DNA of 64,000 nucleotides, taken from contig NW_026250404.1 of NCBI RefSeq assembly GCF_024521635.1, positions 1,178,001 through 1,242,000 of the forward strand, given 5' to 3'. Each line of letters begins with the position of its first letter. Within the stretch, counting starts at the first letter, position 1. Positions 25,745-39,016 of the stretch are shown here, in pieces. The notes below the pieces were generated by a model. It worked only from the letters and a program-made list of their open reading frames with translations. It did not search any database and was not told the DNA's origin. The DNA is from Tricharina praecox (lineage: Eukaryota). The position numbers and the translations under genes are program-made.

Positions 25745-28700
25745 TCAAACCCTCAAGAATTTCGAAAACGCCTTCTTGAAGAACCCGCCCTTCTCCGCAG
25801 AGCTTTCCTCAGCATCGCTAACGCCCCTCTTGTTGCGTTTCTCCGTCGTGGTGGGATCCGTTTTGCGTCTGGGTCTCGTCCTTGGCCTATCTCCGCGCTC
25901 GCCCTTGTCCCTGTCGGACCTGTCCTTGGCCCCTTCCGTCAGCGCCCTTTCCCTGCCCGTGGCCACCACCTCCGGCATCGCCGGCCTTTCCCGCTCCTTG
26001 CCCTTCCTAAGCCTCTCGTCCACAGGACTGAGGTAACCCGGGTCGATGCCCTCGCCGGGAATCTGTCGCCGCGCGCGTTTCGCCTCCTTGCGTAGCCTGT
26101 ACTCCTCCTCTTCTTCGGGGGTAGAGAAGCTCTTGCTGCGACTCCTGCCCGCCTTCTCTCGCTCCTTCGCTTTCTCCTTCTTCCCTTCGGATGAGAGAGA
26201 ATGCCCACTATCCTTCAGCACCTCTTCCGTCCGCGCCTGCTTGCGTGCTTTCCGCTCCGCTCGACGAGCCTTGTGCGCGAGCTCTGACGCCTCCAGCTCG
26301 TGCGCAGACGGTTCCTGCAGAAACGACGAGGGACCTGCAAACTGCGGGACTGGTGCTTCGAGGTCTTGCTGCAGGTGTTCAGAGGGCGGGTGGGCTACCT
26401 CTTCTGGCTCAAAAGCTATGGAGGCAGTTGCAGGTACGACCTCCGGTTGGATTTGCTGCTCCATGGCAACCGGAACTGGCACTGGACCGTTCGAACGAGC
26501 GGCAGTTTTGGCAGCCTTACGGGCTTTTCGTTGCTCTCGGTCGTCTGTGGGAAGTTAGCAACACGAAATCTGCACGGAAGTAGGTTGTTGCAACGCACCA
26601 TCATCCGGATGTCTAGACTTTGAGCGTGACTTCTTCTCTTTCTTTTCCTTCTCTCGGTCCCCCTTATCCTTGTGTCGATGACGTCGCTCCTCCTTCGCTT
26701 CATCCGACCCGTGCTTTTTTCTGCTACGATGATGGCGCTCTTCAGCGACCTCGGACCCGCCAGACACGTGACGGGACAGCGATCGCACTCGGGTCTTGGA
26801 TTTGTGCCGATGCTCTCTAGGCTCGGCATCAGTCTCATCGACCGGGTTTTTCGATCTGTGTCGGCGGTGTCGTGGTTCCTCCGCGCCCTCTTCGTCCTCC
26901 ATGCGCCGTTCTCTGTGACGCCGACGTCGTCGCGACTCTCGTGCCTCCTCCTCAGGGAAGCTGGATTGCGGTACCGGCGGCTCTTCGTCGACTGCAACAC
27001 CAGCCATGTCAGGGCGCAGGTCCTCGGCGGGATGCCTGGAGCCAGATCTCGCTCTAACCCCGGGCGACCTGGTCCTAGACCTACTCCTTGACAACGCTCT
27101 AACCACCTCAGCGCCATTCTTCAATCCCAGTATTCCTGCTGCCTTTCTTGAGATGCGTCCTTCGCGTAAGTCCTCCGGCGGAGGCATATCGGCCTCGCCC
27201 CTGCTCGGCCGCTTCTCCCGCTTCTCCTTCTTGTGCTTCCTTTTCCGCTCCGCTTTCTCCAGGGGAATCTCGGGATCAACGTCGGGGATATCCAACATGT
27301 CGTCGGGTATGTGGACAGGTTCGGGCATGGCATCAGGTACTGCCAGCGATTCCTCCTCGCGACGCTTCCTGTGGCGCCGCCTCTCCTTCGCTGCAAGCTC
27401 AGGCTCCATTCCCAACAACACCTCTGCTTTCTTCGACGACTTGCGACTGGAGGGCGTGGGCGTGTACGGTTCTAGCGGTATCGACGGTATCGGTTCTTCG
27501 TAGGCTTTGTTGTCACGCTTCCGTTTGACTTGCGAGCGAGTATCGGAAGGCGACTCTCCTGTCTCGATCGCGAGTTTCTCCGCTGCCTTCTTCGCCTTTC
27601 GTGCGGCGCGCTCCTCGGGTGTTTTGTGGCGACGTCTCCCTTCCTCTGGCTCGTCGTCGCGATGATGTCGCGACTTGTGGTGCCGAGGCTGCTGCGCGAC
27701 TTCTTCCTCTTCCTCGGGCTCTTCTTCGGCGGCGGCGTGCGACAAGCCGTAAATCTCCTCAGCTGTCTGTATTCCAGAGGGTACACTACGTCCACCAGCG
27801 TCGTGAAATTCTTCGTCGTTAAATTCTTCCTCGTGAAATTCTTCGTCGGGCGGTAATTCGCTAGGCATAGTGGTCTCAGGGGCGGGATCAGTGGCGATGT
27901 CAGTGGAGACAGGCGCAGGGGGAATGGCGGTGGGTTCGTCCGCCATTTTGATTGGTGGAGCTGCCGGGTTGGGGATAGCGTCGGGGCTTGTGATTGGTTG
28001 CCGCGCGGGGTAGTCGGGGTCAGCTGGGTTTGGAGCGTCGAATGTTGCAGCTGAAAAAGAAACAACAGTCGGCGGACTTGCGATCACAAGGGGTTCTTCG
28101 GTAATCAGTGTTCCCTCTGCCCCCTGTGAAGTTTCTGTCTCGTCCGCTGTGGTGGCGAGTTCACGATCCTCAGAATGTCCGTGCGCAGATGTTTCGTCGT
28201 CGGCGTCGGTGTCGACGTCAGCCTTCCCTAGTGTTTCGTCGTTTTCGTCTGGCGCACTCTCTGGCGTCGCTTCGGCTACAAAGACGACAGGGAAGGAAGG
28301 CTCGGGCTGTGGTTCTGGTTCCGGCTTGGTGTGTGGCGCCGAAGGATCTTCGTCCTCCGCGTTCGCTTCGACGGGTTGTTCCTCTGGCGCGGACTCGGGC
28401 GTGGACTCGGACTCGGGCCCGTGCTCGGGCTCGGGTTCAAGTTCGGCTTCGGGCGCAGGGGCAGGTGCAGATGCAAGCTCGGATTCTGGCGCAAGCTCAG
28501 GTGCAAGCGCAGGCTCAGGTACAGATGCAAGCTCAGGTTCGGGCGAAGGTTCGCGCGCTGGCTCTGGAGGAGTGTCCGGTTCGTCCGCAGGCGGTGGAGT
28601 GGAGGAGTGAAGGTCAGTTGGATGCGAAGGCTGTTCGCCCTCCTGGATGGGTTCTGCCTTCTCCTCTTCTTCTTTTGTTTCAGTGGCTGTTGGTCGCACA

Positions 28701-29853
28701 AGGAGGGTAGGTTAGCCCAGAAGGAACGAAAATCCGGATTCGATGATCCTGGTTGGTCTAAAAGGGAGTCGGGGAAAGGGCCCGGAGGAGGGGCGTGACG
28801 ATGGGATTGAAGGAGGGGGATGGGCTGGCGATGGTGGTGATCGGTACGATAGAGTAGGATGGTACACGATACACGATAGAGTACTCGAGCAGACAGAAAA
28901 AGAGAAAGAAAGCGGGGTCTTCAAGCAATCAAAGCGTATGAAGAACGGTAGTGGTACGCATGGAGCACAACGAGATAGAGCGGTAGGGCGGTGGAGTAAG
29001 AAGGACCGAAGAGAAAGAAGATATGTTACTATTACTGACCTGATGCCTCTTCCGAGACTTCTCTGGCTTGTTCCTCAGTGGCTTCTCTGGCTTCTTCGTG
29101 CTCTTCTGCAGCTACTACTGCAGTAGCTTCCTCTTCTTGGTGTTGAGGATTATTGTGCTCCTCTTCTTTGTCGTGGTCGTCGCTGTGGCCCTCGTCGCGG
29201 TTGGGGTTGTCGCCTTCGGTTGGCTCAGCTGGAGGCGGGGGCGGAGCAGAAGGTTCTTCACCTTCTTCCTCTTCTTCGACGCGAACTCCCCCCACAACAC
29301 TGCCATCGTCGTGGTTATCCTGACCGTTCTCCTCGCCGTCCTTTGGGCATTTCTCGGTTACCTCGATGCCTCCCCCCTCTTCGGCAGCTCGACATTCATC
29401 CACTACTACTCCTCCATCATGTTCTCCTCCTCCTCCTTCGACTTCTCCCGCTGATTCTCTAGGCCCTTCACCTTCGGCGTCTCCAGCCACAGTCTCCTCC
29501 GTCTTCTTCTCTTCCTGCTGCTCGCCTTGGCCCTCGCCCTTGGCATCGTCGAGCGCTGCTGCTGGCCGGTCGTTCTCGTTGCTGTCATCACTGGCACAGG
29601 TGTCCACCACGTCGCTGCCAGTAGCAGTAGCAGCAGCAGCATCATGTACCACTTCTGTAGCGCCAGCATCACCAGCGATGTCGGCGCCGTTCTTCGCTGG
29701 CTGCTGTTCCTGGTCTGGAAGTGGCGTCGCATCGTTCTCGCGCTCCTCCCCATTCGTGTTCTCGTCGGACGCCGACGAGACTTCACTCCCATCGACCACC
29801 TTTCCGTCCTCGGTCAACTCGAGCTCAGGGAGCTCCACCAGATCGCTGCCCAT
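25745..29853 (-). CDS. Large low-complexity/disordered protein (~1233 aa; acidic E/P-rich N-half, K/R/H-rich C-half); introns 28687-29039 and 26545-26598
   Basis: Three ORFs (273, 714 and 245 aa) joined by phase-compatible GT-AG introns with CTAAC branch points; spliced length 3702 nt is divisible by 3. No family recognised. Confidence 0.75.
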
Positions 29854-31684
29854 AGAGTGCGCGAGTATTTGTATGTATCGCCAGCGAACTCAGCAGCAGC
29901 AGCAGGCAGCAAGCAAGCAAACGGTAGGGGGGGGGCGGTGTATGTGGCGGCAAGCAGGAACCAGATCAGAAACCGAACGTGGCCGTTGCAGTGGAGCTCA
30001 TCTCAAAACGCGGAAATCGAGCAGAGAGGGGATGGTTATTGGGTGTAGCGGAGGGGGGAGGAGTGGATATTGGATTGGAGGGGTAAAAAGGGCACTGGAG
30101 AAGAGACTGGACTGTCTTGTCGCTCTGTGCTGTGTGTGGGCGGGTTGGGGGGGGGGGGGGGGGGGGGGGGGGAGATCAAACCGAACTGGATGGAATGCGG
30201 TGAATCGCTGACTGGTGATTATTGCGGTAAGAAGTATTTTTTTCATATTATTTTTTCCCTACTGCGCGGTGCTGCTGCTGCTGCTGCATGCGAGGTAAGT
30301 GAGGCGGTAGGTGTTGCCAGTTATTGGGCCACGTCGATGCTGGCGATGGGGCCAACCCGGGAACATCCTGATTGGCCGGGCACATCGAAACACAACTCTC
30401 TCACTTATCTCCGCCCCTCTCGCCTACTGTCAAGGAGTTTTTTTTCTTCTCGCTTTCTTCTTTGCTTTCCTTTCCTTTGTTTCCTCTTTGACGCCGTGGA
30501 AGAGCGATTGTGAAGAGTTTATGCGATCGTGGGACTGGCCGTCGGAAAGCTACCGTGGGGGACAGTCAGCTACCTAGACGCTTTTGATCACAACTGCAGA
30601 AAGAATCGTTTCGCCGGCGGCTTCCCTGGCGGGCCGCGGTCATGCTCGGCCGCGCGCGCGACGGCTCTCCCTCCCGCCCGCCGCCAACCAGCCAACCGAG
30701 GAAGAGTCTGCGGCCCCTGAAGACCCTGACAGGAGGGCACTCTATTTGAGTTGCGCAAGGCCCGAGCACACTCTATTTGTCTACATACTCCGAGTACCGC
30801 ACTGTGCAGACATACGCACTCAATCTACATATCAATCCATTCTTCGCAGTATCGCAGGGTCGGCATGGTATGGGTATGGCAGTCGGGTTATCTTCCCCGC
30901 GCCTGCGTGCATGTTTGTCTGCGTATGTAGGATCTGCATGCGATAGCGACGATCGCGTGCATCCGTCACATGCGTAGATACTCTACATGCTCTTGTTACC
31001 CAACGGAAACAGAACTGTCTTTGCTTTGCCGCTGTCGCTATCGTCTAGAACAATGCCTACCATGCAACGGCCGGTTGTTTTTGTTTTTTTGTCCTGTCAT
31101 TCTGTAGATAGAGTAGGTATTCGACCGTTTCCGATCACGGCAGTATCCACAGCCTACAGGAGTCCCTACTTGCCTCCGCCGATGCCCGTCCTCATCTCCG
31201 CTCAGGGTATAGAGATGATGACGAAGGAAAGAAAGCAAATTGAAAAATCCGCACTTCAGTTACCAGTGCCGTGTTGCTCGTGACCCTCTGTAGAGAACCT
31301 GCCAGCTCGCCCGTTAACTCCTCCCTCTTCCCCCCTCTTCTTTTGCAAGCTGTGCGGTCTCCCGCAAAACAACTCCATATGAACTTCGGAATCCCGCTTC
31401 TTAATCCTCTGCCCCGTCTCCATCTCCACGCACAGAAAGGCCTAAGTTCCCGAGCCATCCCAAGTTTTCTCGGTACCGTGGATACTCTACCACCAGCGCC
31501 GCCCGGGCAGGGCCGGCCATGGGATTGTAGTAACGGTTGGTATGTACCGCGAGTTGCGCATTTCGGCCGGGGTCGGATCCCAGGTCCTCTTCTGGTGCTT
31601 TCGTCCGTGCGTGGTCGATTAGTTATCCGTGAGCCTGTTCATGCAAGCTTTCCGTTCACTTCCTCTCGGTGATGTCTCGCTTCA

Positions 31685-32916
31685 CTACGGTTGGCTTAGC
31701 GAGGTTTCGCTCCACCAGCGGCGTAGAAGTTCGGCGCTTCGTTGGGATCCGTTGCTTTTAATGTCGGGCTCTGCCCGCGATTGTGTGTCGTGCTGTTCAA
31801 ATTTCACCTCCCCCTTCGGTTCTTTTGCCTTGGTCGCGGCGGGGGTACGGGGTGACTGAGAATCGGGGGTACGGGATGTCCAAGAACCGGGACCACCAGC
31901 GCTGCCACTGCCGGCACCACCACCGTCGGGGGTCTCTCCCCCAAGCTCCATCCACGCATCAGCGGCCTCCCACGGGGCAATGAGTAGATTCGACGCCCCG
32001 GTAAAGACTGCGATCAACTGTCCGGCGGAGTCCGCGATGCCCGCAGTTACCAGTCGATTCTCCACGATCATTCTCTCGACCGAGACCACCGCGACGACCG
32101 GGCCGAGCAGGAACACGATCGCGAAGTGGGCACACCCGGCGGCGAACTGTACACTGAACACTTGGCGCGTCCAGAATAGTCCCTGCAGCGACCGGATCAG
32201 ATTGTAGTCGCTCGGCCCGCTGGTGTAGTATGCGGCGCATGCCATGAGTATTACCGGGCCTTGCTGGAAACCCTTACGGGCGCGAACGAGGTGCGCAGCG
32301 AGGATCAGGGACAGCCAAGCGGCGAGGATGGCGGAGAGCGCTGTTGCCGCGCTGACCCAGGCCTCGTTCCCGCGCAGGCCGAAGGTGAACACTATTGCCA
32401 GGCGCTTGCCGGGGCACGCGGGCGGCGGCTGCTGCGTGCGCTGCATGCCCACCGCCCAGAACCACGCGCTGAACCACGAGTATACCTTTTTAGCTCTAGC
32501 GCGGGCATATTATATGTACTCCGGGCTGCAGGTCTCGTTCATCGCTATGACATTGAGCGGCAAAGTGGTGGGGCGGGGGAAGAGGAGTCAGTCGCTGTTT
32601 GTGAAGCTTACATACATCTTGACTGCATGCGCACTCGGCACTCGTCGCTTCATGATGACTGAGTGAGGGGGGTGTGAATGTGGCGAAGAAGGCGGTCGTT
32701 ATCACTTGAGGTCTGTCGGCCTTGCTCGTTGCTATGTACGGTACGGTATCGGTGGTCGGGGGGCTTGGTTAGTGCATCCACTCTACCCCGCTTACGCTTC
32801 TCACTCGCATCTGGCGGTGTGCCATTCTCCCCCATTCTTCCCCCAGAATCTTCTACACAGTCAGATACTGTCGCTGAACTCCCTCCCCCTCCCCTCCTTC
32901 TCCACCTAGCGCTCAT
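31685..32916 (-). CDS. Hypothetical multi-pass membrane protein; three short upstream exons precede the 255-aa ORF
   Basis: Several hydrophobic segments in 31685..32452 and a SAGQLIAVFTG motif; upstream GTAAGC, GTAAGC and GTACAT introns link in frame back to ATG32916. Start uncertain. Confidence 0.6.
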
Positions 32917-33839
32917 TCTAATCCACTGTCCACTGTCCACTGTCCAGAGGGTGTCCGGGAATCCGCTAGCTATGCATATCGACAGTTCCGGAAGTCGGCA
33001 CGTAGGGGAGAATGGGGGCAAGTGCGAGTGCGAATGCAGAGTGGTGAGATGACAAGGAATCATGCGGAATCATGCCAGTTCACTCGTGTCCTGTCCAGAC
33101 TCAGTCACTGTCGGACCACTTGTGTGTCTTCCGGTCTTACTATGGTTTACTAGAGTATAGATAGAGTGCGGCGGAATCTGTCGCTCGGTACGGCGTTAGT
33201 TAGGGCGGCAGTTAAGGCGGCAGTTAAGGCGGCAGACAGGGACGTCACCGTGGCGATTAGGGCGGCAGACTGGGTGGGTTGAGACAAGAGGCGAGTGATA
33301 TAGTGTGTATATGTGTGTAGGCGTGAATGCGGGCCAGCCCATCTTCAAACATCAACACCACCATTCCCCACAGATATTCACTGCACAGCCAGTGCTATAT
33401 CCACACCGAGGAGCGGTAGCAGAAAAGTTTGCAGACGATTCCTTTGCCAACTTCACTCCTCCAGGTTGGCGGCGGGATCAAGAGGAGAGCACACACTTCC
33501 TGTCGCTGACCCCTGTTTAGGTATTCTACTACAGCCAAGTAATTTAGTACCTGGCTCGGTGCAGCATCGTAATCTCCTCCGTCCCACTGCTTGGTCAAAA
33601 TGATCTGCATAAGTAGAAGTTAGACACTTCTCAACTCGAGCACAGGGTCGAGTGCTAGTTTGTGGATATCGCGAGAAATCAGGACTGTCTTCAACTGTTG
33701 TCTGGATCAAGGTGATATACAGTATGTTCTTCCTTCAACTAACTGAGAGGTAGGAGAATTGAGCAATCCAGTTGGATAAATGTAGTCCGTGTGATCAGCT
33801 ACGAGACCTACAGTGGTTCGACATACCCGTCTCGGAGCA

Positions 33840-34584
33840 TCAGGACGTATTGCCCGTCACAGTTTCCACATCCGCAGCCGTGTTTCTTTGGGGACTCCAC
33901 CATTCTCGCAGCCGTGGCTTCTGGTTTTCGGGCGACTTCCCAGGAGTGTTCGTCGCAGACGTCTCCTCCGTAGGTGTTGCCTCAGCCTCAGGCTTCTACC
34001 TGACAAACTTGTTCTTTGCAGGCGTTTCCCTCCATGTAGGCGTGCTTTTCGTAGGCGTCTTTCCCTCTTCATCAACTCTCTCATCCGCAAGTGTCTCCAC
34101 CACCGTCTCCTCGGCCGCAGCCTTCACCTTCGCAGCAGCAGCCTCTTCTTCGCCGGTGTAGCCTTCTCCCCATCTCCTTCTCCTTCATCTCCTCCCTCTC
34201 CTTCTCCTTCAACTCCCTCTCCCCCTCCTTCATTTCCTTCGCCTCTTCCCTCTCCCGCCTCCTCTCTGCCGCCAGCCGCCTCTTTTCCTCTCCCGCCTCC
34301 TTAGCCAGCCTACGTCCCTCTTTTAGCTCGCTATCACGGCGCAGAGTAGAAAGGACCTCCGGCCACGAGGATTCGCAGCCACAGGGCAGCACCCAGCGGG
34401 CTTCGTGCGAGACGTCGCTGGGCGCGGCTTCCACGGCGCGCTCGAGGCAGAACTGGCGGGCTTTGTGACCGCACGGCATCAGGAGCGGTGGCTGCGAGAT
34501 GGACACGGGATAGGGTGCGGGAAGGCAGTCGCACTGACCGGGTGCGGAGGCGGGGGCGGCATTGCTCGGCTGCGGCTGGGACAT
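33840..34584 (-). pseudogene. RING-like Cys/His motif + E/K coiled-coil ORF, with an apparent frameshift (~34170) and in-frame TAG (33996-33998) in the continuation
   Basis: CDC...PCGH...FC...PCGC in 34081..34584. The last ~30 codons look out of frame, while another frame reads on as GEEEAAAAKVKAAAEETVVETLADERVDEEGKTPTKS...FVR*KPEAEATPTEE to TGA33840. Confidence 0.4.
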
Positions 34585-35238
34585 CGCTGTTGGGGGTTAT
34601 ATCTGGTGTTTTTGATGAGTGCGGGGTTTGTTCGTGTATGCTTTCGGACGTTAACGTAGCGGGTAATGATATATCCTGCTGCTGGTTCGAGTTGAGCTAT
34701 ACAATCGAGATGAAGCTGAATTAGTGAGCCGTGGTTCACTCTAGATCACTCGTCCCCGCAGTACTTGTAACGGAAAATCAACACTTTATTACAATTCAGT
34801 TGAACACCATTAGAAAGAGAGACCTCAATAGCCTCACCACCTCCTCCATGGGACTCCAGTTAACTCCCCTCATTACCATGAAGGCAAGTAAAAAACCTCT
34901 CAATCTCGCCACCTCCATGCCACAATCAACCAATGAAAAAAAGGATATCACCGACGTCTCTACCGCATTCAAAAAAAACCCACCCCCAGCCAGCCCACGA
35001 AAGCATGAAATCAAACTAAACATTTCTCAATCCCAGGTAATCATATGGATATATCAAGGAAGAACAAAGAAAATCAGGCGTGCAAGAAAACCGACAACGC
35101 AGGCAAAAAAAAATGAAAGGGTTTAGCACTGGTAGCAATTAGCATGAGCATATAAAGTCAGCTGGTATGATGACTTACCCCTGTGTCTAAACCAACAGTG
35201 CTTTGAAAGGTTCGGCAGCAGCTTTTCTTTCGCTGCGC

Positions 35239-37430
35239 TCAACAGCCAAAGCTGCAGGGATCGGCGGTGAACTTGACACGGCACTGCTTCCACTCCCGCT
35301 CTTCGCTCTTGGCACGGGCAAGAGCGCTAGTGGCGGAACGGGCAGCAGCGATATTGATGAACCTGAGATATGCGGTTCCGGCCGTATGGTCGAATTCGAT
35401 GTTCTCGATGTGGCTCTTCTTGGGTAACTGCTTGTCAATCCAGCGAGAGATAAAGACAGCAGGGTATCTATTCTCCGGGAGTCCCATCATGGCTAGGCAA
35501 CGGGTCTCATCATCTCTGAACGGCTCCAGAAAAGGAGTCGTAAAACCGTCCTTGACTTCTGGTGGAAGCTCTCGAGAGACCGAAAGCTTGAATCCCATCA
35601 AGCAGATCGGTTGACGCGCGTGCCAGGCAACAAAGCGATCCGCAGAGTCGGAATCTTTGAAGTAGACAACCGCCTTTTTATCTCCACCTTGTATAGGGGC
35701 TTTGAACATCACCACACTGTGAATAGCTCCTCCGTGGATCTCTGAAAGGATCCTTGGGAGCGATATATTCGGTGGGACTCCCTGGATAAAGACGCCCACT
35801 GCAGCTTGTCAGTTACTGGTAAACCCGGTAGATACAGTGATTTGGGAGGAATACCTTCTGTGCGGGGGACGGTTCTCTCCGGTGGTCTCAATTGTACCAC
35901 CACCGTCTCTCCGGGACCACCGAAAAGTCGCGGTCTCGGGTGTCTCTGGACACCATCAGCCTTATTCCTGTTCTGTCCTCGATCGCCATTCTTGGCGGAC
36001 GGCCTTTGCTGCCTGGCCGGTCGTGGTTGCTGCTCGGGCCAAGCGGCCATGTAACCGGTACTTCTAGGAGCGGCGGTGGGAATGGCGACGGGTGCGGCGG
36101 TGGGTGCAGCGGCGGGTATGGTGATGGGAACCGAGGCGGGAACGGCGGTGGACAGAGAAGCGGCAGTCAGGGTAGTGGCCGTTGGGGAAGCAAGGTTGGC
36201 ATGAGGGCGAGAGCCAGGACGAGCAGCAGTGGGCTTCTTATTCCCGAAGATATCTGTGTCTTCTTCGCCCAAATCGGACCTGTCATATGCTTGCTCTTCT
36301 GAATCTTTACCAACATCAGGCGACTCCGTGAGCCGGTTATCGAACTCGGCTGGCTGCGAACCCCCCTGCTTGCTTCTGGAGCTGGGGAGTGACTGCAAGA
36401 GATCGTGAATCGGCCGATGCTCCATTTGAGTCGTATCCCCCTCATCTTTTGGAATACTATCCTGACAATTCGACACATCCTCAACTTCATCAACATCGGG
36501 AGCGGATGTGAAGATAACCTCTTCTTCGATGCTTGCCGTAGCGGTGGGTGTGGTGGTGGGTGCGGTGGTGGGTGTGGTGGTGGGAACCGAGGCGGGAACG
36601 GCAGTGGCCAGGGATGCGGCGGTCAGAGCAGTGACCGTTGGAGAAGCAAGGTTGGCATGAGGGCGAGAGCCAGGACGTGCAGCAGTGGGCCTCTTATTTC
36701 CGAAAATATCTGTGTCTTCTTCGCCCAAATCGGACCTGTTATGTGCTTCCCCTTCTCCATCTTTACCATCAGGCGACCCTGGTTGGTTATCGAACTCGGC
36801 TGGCTGCGAACCCGCCGGCTTGCTTCCGGAGCTGGGGAGTGACTGCAAGAGATCGTGAATCGGCCGATGCTCCATTCGAGTCTTAACCCCCTCCTCTTCT
36901 AGAATGCTATCCTGAAAATTTGACAAATCCTCAACTTCATCAACATCGGGAGCCGATGTGGAAATGACAGCTTCTTCAATGCTTGCAGAGCCACGACAAT
37001 GACGACGGCGACGGTGGGCCTCATCGTTTGCGAAGCGAAGAACATAAGCGAGTCCCTTTCGTTTTAGGCTGCTGACATGTACCTCAAAAGAGTATCTCTT
37101 GCGTTTGAGGATTTCGGCGAGGGCTTGAAGAAGTTCTTCACTGGTTGTGAGGTCGATGTATCTGGTCTCCGTGGGGCCCGTAGTAGACGTCTTCGTGGCC
37201 TGAAGCCTTGGCGAAGAGACAGAGTCCACAAGAACATGCTTCGTCGAGGGTGCGGAGGAAGACGGAGAGGCAGTTGTAGAATGCATCGGAGTGTTTGAAG
37301 CAAAGGAAGCAGTAACATTGGTGCTTACGGGCTGCCGAACAGCTTGAGCAGGCTGTCGGTTATTGGCCGGGTCTACCGCTGGGAGCACGTGAGGCGGAAT
37401 GTGTTCCGTCAGTTTGAGTGGGAGCGCCAT
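35239..37430 (-). CDS. Protein with a disordered, internally duplicated N-terminus and C-terminal tandem RRM pair (Nrd1/Mrn1-type); intron 35799-35854
   Basis: A GTATTC...ACTGAC...CTGCAG intron joins the 573-aa ORF to the 186-aa ORF. RRM features VFIQGVP, GGAIHSV, AVVYF, TRCLAMMGLP, AYLRFINIAAA and terminal VKFTADPC. Confidence 0.8.
36080..36987 (-). repeat. Intragenic tandem duplication, ~450 bp (150 aa) x2
   Basis: SIEE..TSAPDVDEVED..MEHRPIHDLLQSLPSS..SQPAEFDN..RSDLGEEDTDIFGNK.PTAARPGSRPHANLASPT occurs twice, 450 nt apart. Confidence 0.95.
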
Positions 37431-39016
37431 GGTCGATCTTGATCTGTAGAATCTAAGGCGATCAGTAAAGGTTGCTCAGATTGTTCATGGATTCCAAGAA
37501 GAATATGGGAGAAGGGTGTATCTCACATCTTTCGAGTGCGAAACGGGAGAAGGAAGGAGGTTGTAATTGTAGAGGGGGAAGGACGTTGTACTTGTAGGGG
37601 GGGAAGAGGTCTGTGTTGCTGGTCACGGAGGAGATTGGGGAATGGAAGAAACGAGCAAAGAAGATGGGAGGTGAAAGCGAGAGATAGAGAGAAGCAAGTG
37701 TGAGATGTGGAAGAAAGGAGAGATAGAAAGGGTCGATGTTGTGTGGTTCTGGTAGCAGGGCTGCGAGTGTGGAAGGAAGCAAGGGGAGTGAGAAAGAGTG
37801 TTAAAGATCATTGAATAGCTCCTACGTGAGCCTTGATGTGCTTGTGTTGGTTCGTGCAGCCAGCAAGACTTCTATGTTCACTAGCCTTAGCCAAAGCATT
37901 AAATATCGAGAAAAAGAGACAGCGAAGAGAAAAAAAGAGAAAAAAAGAGACTGTGTCTGACGGCCACCGTACGCGGCGCACAACCATGAGTTACACTCAT
38001 GCCGAGCGCCACCTCTAGTCGCGTATAAACAATCGAAAGAGCATCATCGGCAACGTCCTAGCAGAGCAATCGAAGAACACGGACGGTGTTAGAATGCAAT
38101 AAGGCGATTAGGTGCCTGCCAACAAAAACGTCAACAAAGGGAAATAATAAAATAATTTCTGCACACTCCGTACACCGGCCTGGATCACCAGAATGTATGC
38201 ATACGAGATGGTAAAATATCCTTACTTGCGGCCGAGTGTGCAATCGATCCACTCCAGCCATTCCTAGTCCTTAGGCCCGCATTCCTTTCCGCAATGGCGA
38301 GGTGCTCCTCTACCCCTTCACCATCGAAGGGCACTCTACACCAGCTAACCGTGCATCTTCCACCTCTTTTTGCATGGGCAGATAAAGCTGAAGGGGATCT
38401 TTCCATAGACTTCGGGTCTTCTTTGCCTTCTCAGTATTTTTCTCTCGCTTTCCCCTCCTTTCGTTCATGGCCCTATTATTCCTCTGATAAAAAGCCTGGT
38501 CTACTGAGATCGAAATCGAGAAAACTGTCACGGCTCACACCTATGGGTAGGAGAGAGAGATCTTTGGAGTCTATGGGTGGGAAACATTGTATGAATCCTT
38601 AGGTTAGATGGAATCGAGTGATCGATATTGGAAGGGTCGAACTCTCAAGGGTTATTGTGGAGAATCTAGTTCGATTTTAGGCTAGAGTTGCGTGGGAGCT
38701 ATGTTTCCCAACTGCTGGTTTCTTACGCGACATCTGTACTCAATCAATTCAGTTCCCGTCTCAAGGCAACCCCCGTGTTCTTGTCAGGCCTCAGCTCATT
38801 TCCTGCCTCTTTCCTACTTCCTTAGCCCCGTCTGCGACCCATCAGTCATTGATTTCTACCCTTCGACCCCGGATCGTTACAGAAACAAGCCGGGAACGTC
38901 CCTGAGGTCGAACCATGATTTGATTGATGTGGAGGTGAAAGTATAGGAAATCGTTAGGGTCATTGGTGGACAAGGTGGATTGGGGGTGATAAGGGAGAGA
39001 TGAGAGTCTGGTTGCG

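Noticed and set aside
32470..32520. Apparent second in-frame TAA (MNETCSPEYI*YARA...) upstream of the membrane-protein ORF
   Set aside because: It lies inside a plausible 51-nt GTACAT...GCTAAA...TTCAG intron that keeps the frame, so no editing is needed.
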